From Selaginella moellendorffii (lineage: Eukaryota > Plantae > Lycopodiophyta), in NCBI RefSeq assembly GCF_000143415.4, contig NW_003314290.1, forward strand, positions 1,726,454 through 1,790,453: DNA of 64,000 nt. Direction: 5' to 3'. The notes below the pieces were generated by a model. It searched no databases. It saw only the letters and a list, made by a program, of their open reading frames with translations, and was not told the origin of the DNA. The stretch's first letter is position 1, and the number at the start of each line of letters is the position of its first letter. Of this stretch, positions 22,346 to 34,286 are shown piece after piece. The translations under genes were made by a program, and so were the position numbers.

Positions 22346-25300
22346 TACTCAATACAATGCTTAGGAAAACATGAAAATCAGGTAACAAATATTATGCACA
22401 AAAGAAATTACTGAATCATTTCTAAATTTGTATTCCTTGAGCATCAGATAGTTTAAAGCACTTGGCAGGCACCTCTACTTCATATGTTCTACCTGAAATG
22501 TTCCTATATAAGCCAAACTGACTTAACCAATATAATAATAGTTTCTTGAGTAAGATCAATTTCAAAACACATCACATCCTTCTCTTCTCCAGCAGTGACT
22601 TCATCCCCAACAAACAAGTCTTGTTCTATGGTAGCATTGGACAATGAATTTTGCAGTTAGAAAGCTAGGTGATACGAACCATAGGAATATTTTGAGAATA
22701 TTCCATGGCTTGTGGGATTTAAGGCCATAATGCCTTAAGGGTTGGGAGGCTGGGCTAGGGTTTGCTCTCTTGTTCGTTTCATTGGTATCGGAGCAACATG
22801 TTCTTTTGGGGATGGCAGGTGAGCAAGACATTGATCCTAATAAGGAGTATGGCGTTAGTAATGATAGCCATAACGATGCAGAAGAGACTCTTAATGATGT
22901 CGTTGTGCAGCAAAGATGCCAAATTTCTAAGGTTCAGAGTAACATGAAGGAAGTTAAGGATTCCATCAATCTCATTAAGGATTTCTTGCTCCACATAGAC
23001 CCTCAAAGGTTGAATCAATCTCATGTTTGTGATTACCATTGGTACATCAAGCATGCCAAGGATTATGGTATTGTGGAATGGAAATCATCACCGGATGTTT
23101 GTGATAGTCAAAAGGTTAATTCTTGGTTGGAATTGTGGGAAAGTTGTTGGTCTCACAATCCTTGTAAGGATAAGGTGAAGATAAATTTTTTTGTGATGAA
23201 GCTTATGGGCCATGCTTCTTCATGGTGGAAGAACTATATCAAAACTAATCCAAAACCGACTTCTTGGACAAATTTGACGAAGGTTTTCTGCACTTCATTT
23301 GTCAAGAAATTTGAAGAGGTTGATCTCATGAACCAGCTATTAGAGATCCGGCAGGGGACATTGTCTTTAGATGTATATGCCCGCAAGTTTGTTTTTTGGC
23401 CTCATTACCAACTCCACTCTTCAAACCACAACGGAACAATGGCCGTTTCTTCCCCGAAGGTGAAGTATTGGTTGTTTGGTCATCACGTTGACCTCCCTAT
23501 AGACCATCCCATTGACTAGAGTTGACCAAGTTAACTAATGGTTTGGGTGAAAATATCTAAGCCTTAGTGATAGCATCAGTCAATGTTGCTGGAAAATCCT
23601 TCTTGACCTTCTATTGCACATCCACTAAGCTTAACCCTTTGATAAAACATTGCACCTTTAATAGCTCATTATAAGTGCCCGTGAGACTAAGGTAAAGATC
23701 ATGATCGTTTAGACTAGCGAGAGAAAGACAAGATGGAGGGCAATTGTTTTCATTGTCACAAGGCTGGATATCACAGCAAGGATTGTCCTCTTATGAAAGG
23801 ATCAAAGAATGCTAAGGTGAATGTGGTGGAATCCATCGTGGATACAACTTAGGCATTTGCTGTGGTGGCTCTTCCACACCATATGGCAAAAGTTCAAGAA
23901 TCTAAGTCTCGAGTTCGTATCAACTCTGTAGAGATTGATGGTTCTATGCGCAATCAACTTGTAAAGGCCAAGGGGGACATTCAGGGTAGTGTTGTTAGTA
24001 TTCTTTTCAATCTAGGTGCTACTCACAATTTTTTGAGCTCCAAGGTGGTGAAGAAACTTTGTTTGCCTGTGGAAAAGAGTTCAGTAATCTACAAAGTGGT
24101 TATGGCAGATGGACATAGCACTTTGTTTACGGTGAATAAGCTCCAAATATTCCTTTGACGGTTCAAGGGATTCTCGACCATCCTTCGTTCCAAGTTATGG
24201 ATCTTGGTCACACCGATGTTATTCTTGAGAAGGATTGGTTTTATGACAGGAAGCTAGGGATTGATTGGGAGCGTAATATTCTGCATATCAAAGTTGGTGG
24301 CACTATGAAAGAGATTGTCAGGACAGACAATAGTGATACTCCATTGATTAACGCTTTGGAGTTGGTGACATGCACGTGTAAGCGACTAATTTTTCCATTC
24401 TACTTTAGTCACTTAACCACACCTCCGACCACTTGGAGGAGTCTCATTCACAACCTCCATAAGTCCAACTCAGGACTTGGGGCTTGCTAGCCCCGAGAAT
24501 GGCATCCATGCCACTCAACCTTAGCACTTGGTCCAAGTGCTCCACATGTCCGATCCCATGATCGACACCCCAAGGTACCACCGACGTATCAGCCCGTTAC
24601 GCTAAGGCCATGCCTAATTACCTTGGTCACACTGGTGGTCCAACACCACCTGCATTCCAATCCCGTCTCTCAAAGACTGGGTCATCCGTCCATGAGGGAT
24701 CATCCCAGATCCACTCCTTAACATCCTTAGGATGCCTACAGACATGGGGAATAGCCTTCCCTAATATCTCTGTTCCGGTCCCCACCAAGTCCCTTTCTGT
24801 CCTTGGCTGTGTTCGCCAACACTGCCACTGGATCAAGGCCCACCGGCCCGACCACTAAGTCCCACTATCCTCGAGGACTTCCTCACTGTGTGACTATGTC
24901 CTTGGTCACCCCACCAGAGGGCTACCCCTCTTCCTTTCCACAGTCTGGGACTTTGGGACACCATTTCGGAACACCGTGGCCTTACGCGAGCCACCTGGGT
25001 ACTCTCCCCACCTTTCGCCTTTAGGTGCTCTAGCCATGGGCTTAGAGCGAGGTTCCGTTGAGCCACGCCTGGTATCCAAGTAGGTAGTGCCACCCACACT
25101 TGGACTGGGAGCATCGGCCAGTCGATCTCCCGGGGGAACTAGAGCCGGCTCTTGAACACTTCACCAAGCTACCCCGCTTGTCGGTCCGTGTTCACTCTAG
25201 TTTTGGACTTCCCAGTGGGCAGCTCATCACCCAACACTGAGTCCGGCCTTCCTGGGCCAAACTGACCTTTCCTGGCCAAACTGGCTCCATTGCAGTCCTC

Positions 25301-25381
25301 CCCCCTACTATACTTTTGGAGCTCACCAAACCCCCCAGGGTCTGGGAGACGAACGCTTTGGGCTTTCACCCTCTCAGGCTC

Positions 25382-25856
25382 TGGACTCGGACTCGGACTC
25401 GGACTCGGACTCGGACTTGGGCTCGGCCTCGGTCTCGGTCTCGGCCTCGGTCTCGGTCTCGGTCTCGGTCCTGGTCTCGGTCTCTGGTCTCGGTCTCGAC
25501 TTTGGACTCCATCTCAGGTCCATCTCGGACTCCAACTCGGACTCCATCTCGGGTCCATCTCGGGTCCATCTCGGACTCCATCTCGGACTCCACCTCGGAC
25601 TCCGTCTCGGGTCCATCTCGGGTCCATCTCGGACTCCATCTCGGACTCCATCTCGGGTCCATCTCGGACTCCATCTCGGACTCCATTTCGGGTCCATCTC
25701 GGGTCCACCTCGGACTCCACCTCGGACTCCATCTCGGGTCCATCTCGGGTCCACCTCGGACTCCACCTCGGACTCCACCTCGGACTCCATCTCGGACTCC
25801 ATCTCGGACTCCAACTCGGACTCCACTTCGGACTCCAACTCGGGTCCATCTCGGAC
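25382..25856. repeat. Minisatellite inside LTR (ggactc / ggtctc 6-mers; ggactccatctc / gggtccatctc 11-12-mers)
   Basis: Directly visible tandem array. Confidence 0.95.
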
Positions 25857-28800
25857 ACTTCCATGTGTCATGTGTTGGTCCCTTTGGGTCCCTTTTTGGA
25901 GCCTCGCTTATTGCTCGCTTCGTGCTCGTTCCTCGAACACTTTGTTGGGAGTTCCACTCCCGCTCTCAACCTTTCAAGTCGGAGCTTTTAGTCCAAACGT
26001 TTTACGCTCGTTTGGCTTTCGCTTCGGCCACTACCACGTGGCACCTCTCCAGCTCCACTCTGGGGCCTAGGGACTTTATGTCTCACAACTCCACCACCCA
26101 TAGACGAAGTTCGATGTCCTCATCGAATGGTAAACCATTTTATAAAGTAACACCCGCATGTGTTACCATTTCCATCCTTGGCACCTAGCCAATATTTGTC
26201 AAGGGTTTGACATTGAAGGCTCACCATGCCTTTTGCATATTCCTCAATGGTTTGACACCAAAGGCTCACCATGCCTTGCCCATCCTCTAAGGAGGGTAGT
26301 CTCTCCAACTTGGAGACTGATTGGACCACATGTAGTGGTTCTCTCCTTTTATTGGTTTCGTTCTCGCTAAACCTCTTAGAGACCCTTCTCTAAGTCAATC
26401 CCACTATTCCTTCTCGAGTAGTCTCAATTTCCATCTATGGAACGTTTGCACCTTGGAACTTTTACTCTTTTGACTTTTGGAAGTCAATTTCCTAGGTGTC
26501 TCCAAGACCTTGAATTGCACAGATTGTGCAACTCCACTTCCCCATCCTAGGAAGTTCATTACTTGAGGGCACCGTCATCCTCTCTTCTATTTCGTGCCAC
26601 CTTAGGCACTAAGTTCCATTTATCATACTTTGTGCTAGGGCTGTCCATGGCCCTATCATTTGGCTACCTTACCGCTCCCTCCCTTGGAGCTTCCACTTTT
26701 GCCAAATCGGAGCAATTCGGAATCCATCCTTGGAAACACACTTCCTTTCCCGCAATTTGTTAGCGTCCAACACATTAGTGTTCCTTGCCTAACTTTGCCA
26801 CTTGGATTCCTTCCAAGGGATTCCACGGCCCTATCCTGGCCACTCATCTTTTGCTCTTATCCGTTGATTGTTGCACACAGCAACACCGAAAGTCTACCTC
26901 CTTCTCTGAGGTATTCCTTTGATTCCATAGCAAAGGCTTTGCTTTGCCAAGACTAGGGTGTTCACCCCTAGTAAGTCTCTTTAGCACCTTCTGCTATGGG
27001 CTTTATCCATGGCCCAACTTGTGACCCTCCCATAGGTCTCTTATAGAGACTACTTTCCTTGCTCACACTATGCCATCGCAATGACATAGCTTACTTCCCT
27101 AAGGTGCTTTTCCCACTTGGTCACCTTGATCAAGCCACACCATCATCAATAGTTCAAATCAACACTTTGAACTAGGAACCTTATTCCTTAACCTAAACAA
27201 AGACCTTGTCCTTATTTAGCCACAAGATCACTTAGTGATCTCACCTCGGCACCTTAACAGGTTTGCCAATAGGTACTAGGTCTTCTAGACCTTCAAATTG
27301 TTGACTATAACCCCGGGGGCATCCCCCACACTTGGCGGTGCACCCAAGCCAGCCCTTACGGCCAAGGGTTCATAGCAACTGAGATTAGGTGTCCCCATCT
27401 CACTCACCACGTCCTTGGTGCCACTTGCACCAAAGCGTTCAAGTTAGATATGCTGAGCTTTCACACTAAGCAATCTAACCGTGCATCACGACTCCGAGGC
27501 ATCCCTCGCTTGGCGGTGTGCCCAAACCAGTCTCCCCACTGAGAGTCCATGACCACCGAAATATGAGTGTCCTCATATTCCAAACCATCACCACGCCCTA
27601 GTGATTTGGGACTCGAACCCAAGCACTAGAGGGTCGGGACTCGAACCCAACCTCCGTATATGCATCTACGGACGGCATCACACCGGATGCCTGGCATGAC
27701 TCCCCACGCCGGTGCACCAACTTATATTTAAAGCGCACTATAGATCACAGCTTAGGAACCTAGTTCCTCCACACTGCCAAGTCCTCTCACTTGACAAGCC
27801 TGTGATCATGCATGGACTCCTCCACGCTTGGCCCCATGGCCCACCCTTTTTGAAGTTATCACCTTCAACTAGGGTATTTGTTCCCCTGATTTGCCAATCT
27901 CGCTTGGCAAGTCCTCTGACCACTGTAACATGGTTCTTGCACAAGCGTGAAAGTCCTTGACCATCGACTTTCGTTCAAAGCCCTCTCTTTGAACACTCGG
28001 GAACTACTTCCCTAACCTTGATAGCCTTGCTTCATGGCAAGCTTTAAGACCCCGCTTTTGCTGCGCCACTCTGATTTCGCGCGTTCTATGAACCATTTAC
28101 GCTTGGCCTTTCTAGATACTAAGCTACCTAGAATCGTCTTTGGGAACCTTGAAGGAACTCTGTCCCTTAGCTTGCTAAGGCCTCCCTTTTGCAAGCTTTC
28201 CAATTGCCACATAGTCTAACATGGACAATTCCATATTTTAGACTCTCCATGGCATCACGGTTGCTAGCGGCAACAACCCTCGAGCCCCCACTTGATTCTC
28301 CACTCCCAGCTGGCATAACCAACCTTGGTTATGCCCTTCGATTCCTATGGTTCAGTTCTATCCCCTTACTTCTTGCTTTTGGCTTCGCACCTTTCCTTCG
28401 GTCATTCTCCTCCAGACCAGGAGGATAGCTTTGCACTTTCTATCATGCCTTAGCAAGTATTTCTAGGGATGAACCTACCCAATAGCCCAGGGAGTGGTTC
28501 CTCAATCCGGGTATGCTCACCTTATAATCCCACACACTGGGATTACATTGTTGCTTATAGGCCTTTACATGCCTGTCACTAGCCTTGCCAAAGTTCCATT
28601 TTTTGGCTTTGTCCAACTCGGGTAGACAGTCTTCTCCTGTCTCCGCAACCTTGGACATTTGGATAGCACCTTCTATCCATCATTCGCTAGGGACTTAGTC
28701 CTTTGGCCCTTATCCATTGCTCTCGTGACATCAAACACCACCTTCTGGTGTTCTAGAGTGTTCGGGTGTCCCAATGATGGCTTTCTTGACAATGAGTATT

Positions 28801-31203
28801 TCCTTTTATGACATTGACTTACTATATCGCAACACAAGCAACTTATCCCCCGTAAGGGTATATCCAACTTCCCTATACTATTAAGAAGTCTTGGGTAGCT
28901 ACCTTCTACCCGTTTAACTAATTATTTTGCACCTCTTGCTTAGTTGCCTCATAGTTGTCAAGTCCTACAACTCATTGCTTGGTGCTTCCACACCTCCATC
29001 ATTATCTGGGTCACCACACTCCAACTGCATGCTCTGCAGCTTAGGCTATGCCATTCCCATTTCCATTGGGATTCCTTTGGCAAGGGGTTCTCATGAACCC
29101 ACGAACATAGCCTCAAGGTATCACACCTTGGCACATTTAGTGTCTCCACACCATCGGCTCCACGAGCCTACCTCTATGACACTTCCCCTTTGTGTCTAAG
29201 TCTTTGCCAAGACCAACACCGCTCTCTCTCATGCCAACCATCCGTTAGCACTGCATCATAGAGGTCGCACACAACTTTGTGTCAAAGTTGTTTTCTTCTG
29301 GGAACACCTTTCCCATAACTTCAGCATGGCACATTTTGCCATTGATGAGATACCCTCTGTTCTCATCCTTGGATCCTATGATCCCCCCCCCATCTTTCAT
29401 GGGGTACAACACACCTCAGTCCAAATGCTTCCATCAGTTCTTTTTAGGACCATTCCTTGACTCTACTTGAGTCATCCAGCAGTTTTGGACTTGGTTATTC
29501 CACAGACCCGTAAAGTCCCACTTGTGAGGCACTAGCTCACTGGAATACACTTCCTGCATTCCTGTCCTACTCAGAAGGACTATTTTCACAAGTGTTACTC
29601 TGACACTTGATTTTGTTCTTTGGGGCAACCTCTGCCCCTTAGGACTACTTGTCCATGTGATGAGAATACCAACTCATCTCTAAGTACACCCCCGAACTCC
29701 TTGGGTTGTTCCAGCATTTATTAAAGGTAGCGCCGGCTACCATTTCAAGGACTTGAGTCCTCTTCCGTATTTGACCTCCCACGGTCATTACTTTTGGTCT
29801 CACATTCATGAGCACCAACCTCAACTATATGAGGATAATCTTGTGACTCCTTTATTGTTTTGGAGTCTTTATCTTTCCCGTCATCCTAACTGTAGTTGTT
29901 TACCACAACTACATTAGCCAGTTTGCTAAGTCAAACGCTCATCTAGGTCACATCCTCAACTCTCTGAGGAAAACCATATACTGTTCCCAAGATCCCAAAG
30001 TCGTTCCCTTACTGGCCCCTTTTCTATCCACCACATCGCGCCCAAGTTCATGCATGAACTCGAGTGGAGAGCCATGTCCTCTCAACGTGCTACTCCTCAA
30101 GGATAGGCCCACTCCTAGGACCTTCCGATGCCAATATCAATGGTGATATACTTGAGCACCAATAAAAGTCAGACTAAGGAACAGCTCCGATACCAAGTTG
30201 TAAGCGACTAATTTTTCCATTCTACTTTAGTCACTTAACCACACCTCCGACCACTTGGAGGAGTCTCATTCACAACCTCCATAAGTCCAACTCAGGACTT
30301 GGGGCTTGTTAGCCCCGAGAATGGCATCCATGCCACTCAACCTTAGCACTTGGTCCAAGTGCTCCACATGTCCGATCCCATGATCGACACCCCAAGGTAC
30401 CACTGACGTATCAGCCCGTTACACTAAGGCCATGCCCAATTACCTTGGTCACACTGGTGGTCCAACACCACCTGCATTCCAATCCCGTCTCTCAAAGACT
30501 GGGTCATCCGTCCATGAGGGATCATCCCAGATCCACTCCTTAACATCCTTAGGATGCCTACAGACATGGGGAATAGCCTTCCCCAATATCTCTGTTCCGG
30601 TCCCCACCAAGTCCCTTTCTGTCCTTGGCTGTGTTCGCCAACACTGCCACTGGATCAAGGCCCACCGGCCCGACCACTAAGTCCCACTATCCTCGAGGAC
30701 TTCCTCACTGTGTGACTGTGTCCTTGGTCACCCCACCAGAGGGCTACCCCTCTTCCTTTCCACAGTCTGGGACTTTGGGACACCATTTCGGAACACCGTG
30801 GCCTTACACGAGCCACCTGGGTACTCTCCCCACCTTTCGCCTTTAGGTGCTCTAGCCATGGGCTTAGAGCGAGGTTCCGTTGAGCCACGCCTGGTATCCA
30901 AGTAGGTAGTGCCACCCACACTTGGACTGGGAGCATCGGCCAGTCGATCTCCCGGGGGAACTAGAGCCGGCTCTTGAACACTTCACCAAGCTACCCCGCT
31001 TGTCGGTCCGTGTTCACTCTAGTTTTGGACTTCCCAGTGGGCAGCTCATCACCCAACACTGGGTCCGGCCTTCCTGGGCCAAACTGGCCTTTCCTGGCCA
31101 AACTGGCTCCATTGCAGTCCTCCCCCCTACTATACTTTTGGAGCTCACCAAACCCCCCAGGGTCTGGGAGACGAACGCTTTGGGCTTTCACCCTCTCAGG
31201 CTC

Positions 31204-31781
31204 CGGACTCGGACTCGGACTCGGACTCGGACTCGGACTCGGACTTGGACTTGGACTCGGATTCGGACTCGGACTCGGACTTGGGCTCGGCCTCGGTCTC
31301 GGTCTCGGGCTCGGCCTCGGTCTCGGTCTCGGTCTCAGTCCCGGTCTCGGTCTTGGTCCCGGTCTCGACTTTGGACTCCATCTCAGGTCCATCTCGGACT
31401 CCAACTCGGACTCCATCTCGGGTCCATCTCGGGTCCATCTCGGGTCCATCTCGGGTCCATCTCGGACTCCATCTCGGACTCCACCTCGGACTCCGTCTCG
31501 GGTCCACCTCGGACTCCGTCTCGGGTCCACCTCGGACTCCATCTCAGGTCCATCTCGGGTCCATCTCGGACTCCATCTCGGACTCCATCTCAGGTCCATC
31601 TCGGACTCCATCTCGGACTCCATTTCGGGTCCATCTCGGGTCCACCTCGGACTCCACCTCGGACTCCATCTCGGGTCCATCTCGGGTCCACCTCGGACTC
31701 CACCTCGGACTCCACCTCGGACTCCATCTCGGACTCCAACTCGGACTCCACTTCGGACTCCAACTCGGGTCCATCTCGGAC
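31204..31781. repeat. Minisatellite inside the second LTR, about 100 bp longer than in the sister LTR
   Basis: Same motifs with different copy numbers. Confidence 0.95.
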
Positions 31782-33165
31782 ACTTCCATGTGTCATGTGT
31801 TGGTCCCTTTGGGTCCCTTTTTGGAGCCTCGCTTATTGCTCGCTTCGTGCTCATTCCTCGAACACTTTGTTGGGAGTTCCACTCCCGCTCTCAACCTTTC
31901 AAGTCGGAGCTTTTAGTCCAAACGTTTTACGCTCATTTGGCTTTCGCTTCGGCCACTACCACGTGGCACCTCTCCAGCTCCACTCTGGGGCCTAGGGACT
32001 TTGTGTCTCACATCACGCATGAGATAGCTAATTCTTTTGTGGTATACCTGTTTCTTTCTAATATGATCATGTCTGATTTGGAGTATGTTCATGGGCATAG
32101 GGCTAGGGTGGATTCCATTCAGGAGGAGTTTCGTGACGTATTTCCGAATGAGTTACCTGATGGTTTGCCTCCCAAACATGGCATTCAACATAAGATTGAC
32201 TTGGTTCCTAGAGCTACTCCTTATCAGCGACAACTGACTTGTACTAGTCCTGCTGAAGACAAAGAGATTAATAGGCAGTTTGCTGAATACCTTCGGAAAG
32301 GGTGGTTACGGATTAGCAAGTCCCCTTAGGCTGCTTCAGTGGTGATGGTCAAAAAGAAAGATGGTACATAGCGTCTCTATGTGAATTACAAGGGATTGAA
32401 TGATAGGATAGTGAAGAATATGTTCCTGATCCCTCATATCGATGATTTGCTTGATCGTCTTCATGGTGCTCAATATTTTTCGAAGATTGATTTGAGGCAA
32501 GGGTATCATCAGATTTGTGTCAAGCTAGAGGATGTTCCAAAAACTACATTTTGGACAAAGATAGGTCACTATGAGTTTGTAGTGATGTTGTTTGGTTTGA
32601 CAAATGCTCCTACAACTTTTTAGAGATTGATGAATCAAGTTTTACAACCTTACTTAGGAAAGTTTGCAATTGATTATTTTGATGATATCCTGGTATTCAG
32701 CTTTTCTATGGAGGAATATGAGATGCATGTGTGAAGTGTTTTACAACTTTTGAGGGACAACAAGTTCTACTCAAAGTTATCCAAGTGTGAATTTTTTTTA
32801 GAGGAGATTGAATATCTCGGGCATTTGATTTTAGTACATAGCATGAGAGTTGATCCTGCAAAGATTTAGGCCGTGGTTGATTGGCCTATACCTTTGATAG
32901 TGCATGATCTCCATAGTTTCTTTGGTATGGCTGGAGTTTTTCGACAATTTGTGAAGGACTTTTCAGGGATAGCAGCCCCTTTAACTGATCTTCTCTAGAA
33001 TATGTCAAAACATACTACTATTCATGGTTGGGATGAGAACTGTGAAGTGGCATTTCAACGTTTGAAATAGTGTTGTATCTTTGCTCCAGTGTTGAAGATT
33101 TTTTATCCTAAAAAGCTTCTTGTGGTTGAGATAGATACAAGTGACATTGTTATTAGAGTTGTATT

Positions 33166-34286
33166 TGTCGCGAATGTGACTTTGGATATCGAAAGTTATC
33201 TGTCGGTCAGTCCTTACGGACACTCTTTCCTTACTGCCACGATGGTAGGGGGTTGGTATTGCTGAATTCGTTATCAATTTCCCACTTGAGTTAGTTGAGA
33301 AACTGGTCAATGACCATGTATTTAGATTGGATAAACATAAGGTAGGAACCCTATGTGTTTCTTGTTGAGCATACTCGGCCTGGTTTGAGAAACTTGAGTC
33401 ATTGGCTTGCACTTACTAGTATCAAGAACCCCCGCGATATTAAGACTAGTCCCTCAGTATTTGCTAAATGATAGCTTATTGTGTTTGCCAAACACCCTCG
33501 CTATCATGCCTTTTGTGTTAGTTTCATTTCGGTCTTAAATGCTATTTATAGATTTGCTCATTTGGCATATCTACGGAATGTAGAGATTGGCCTGAACACA
33601 ATGGTGTTCGTCCCGTGTCCAAATTCGCAATCTAGCGCCATTTCATATTTAGTAAGTTTCGAGCTTGTCCCAGAGATTAACTCCTGATACTAAGGGAGGC
33701 TTGGGGTGAAAACCCAAAGCATGTGTTCCTCAAGGGGGGGGGGGGCTGTGGGGGGTTCCAAATATATAGTAGGGATAGTGGCTAGGTTGAGCATGGCCGA
33801 CCAACTTGAGGCATAGTCTAGCTCCTGCTTGCGTGCTTGTCCTTGTTTTGCATCCGGCTTGGGTCTAAGCCCAAGTTCCATTCCATGCTAGCTGGTGGAG
33901 TACCCATGTCCATGCATTAGGCCACCGATATGCCAAAATAGCACTAGACTCAATTTGGCTCTGTTTTGCGTGTTGGTCCTGGCATTGGGATGCTAGTTAC
34001 TTTAAGACTGTTCCAAGTCGCTCTGGGCTCCTGTCCCTTCGCTCCTTCAGCTGTATGCTCGAGAGTTACTCCGTGGTCCGGTTCCGTCACTCCTTAGCCC
34101 CATGCTTGGGAGTTTGGCACCGTTCCTTTGTTTAGTAGCCCAAGGCCCTGAACCTTGGGTTCCACACCACCATCCTTTGGACACATGGCATGTGTCACGT
34201 GGCATAAAGAGGGTTTAAGTTCCGCTTCGTGGTGTTATCCTATGGTAAACCACCATAGGATAAAGGTCAAAACCACATGCGCTACA
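33166..34286. mobile_element. Solo LTR inserted in the Gypsy RNase H
   Basis: tgtcgcg...cgctaca termini and perfect TSD gtatt (33161-33165 / 34287-34291). Splits VEIDTSDIVIRVV|LLQVGHP. Confidence 0.85.

Larger units (their letters stand above)
24377..32012 (-). mobile_element. Young non-autonomous large LTR element (LARD-like) with 1.7-1.8 kb LTRs
   Basis: Near-identical LTRs 24377-26087 and 30199-32012. Reverse PBS gctccgatacca just before 30199 and reverse PPT actccaccaccc after 26087. TSD gcacg/tcacg. The 4.1-kb interior has no recognisable gag/pol. Confidence 0.88.

Noticed and set aside
25382-25856. Possible CRISPR-like array
   Set aside because: Short tandem units without unique spacers, eukaryotic context, no cas genes.
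25290-26188. Long ORFs with GL/TR/SR/SD repeats on both strands (also 30922-32329)
   Set aside because: Artefacts of stop-free minisatellite arrays inside LTRs, open in nearly all frames; not SR proteins or extensins.
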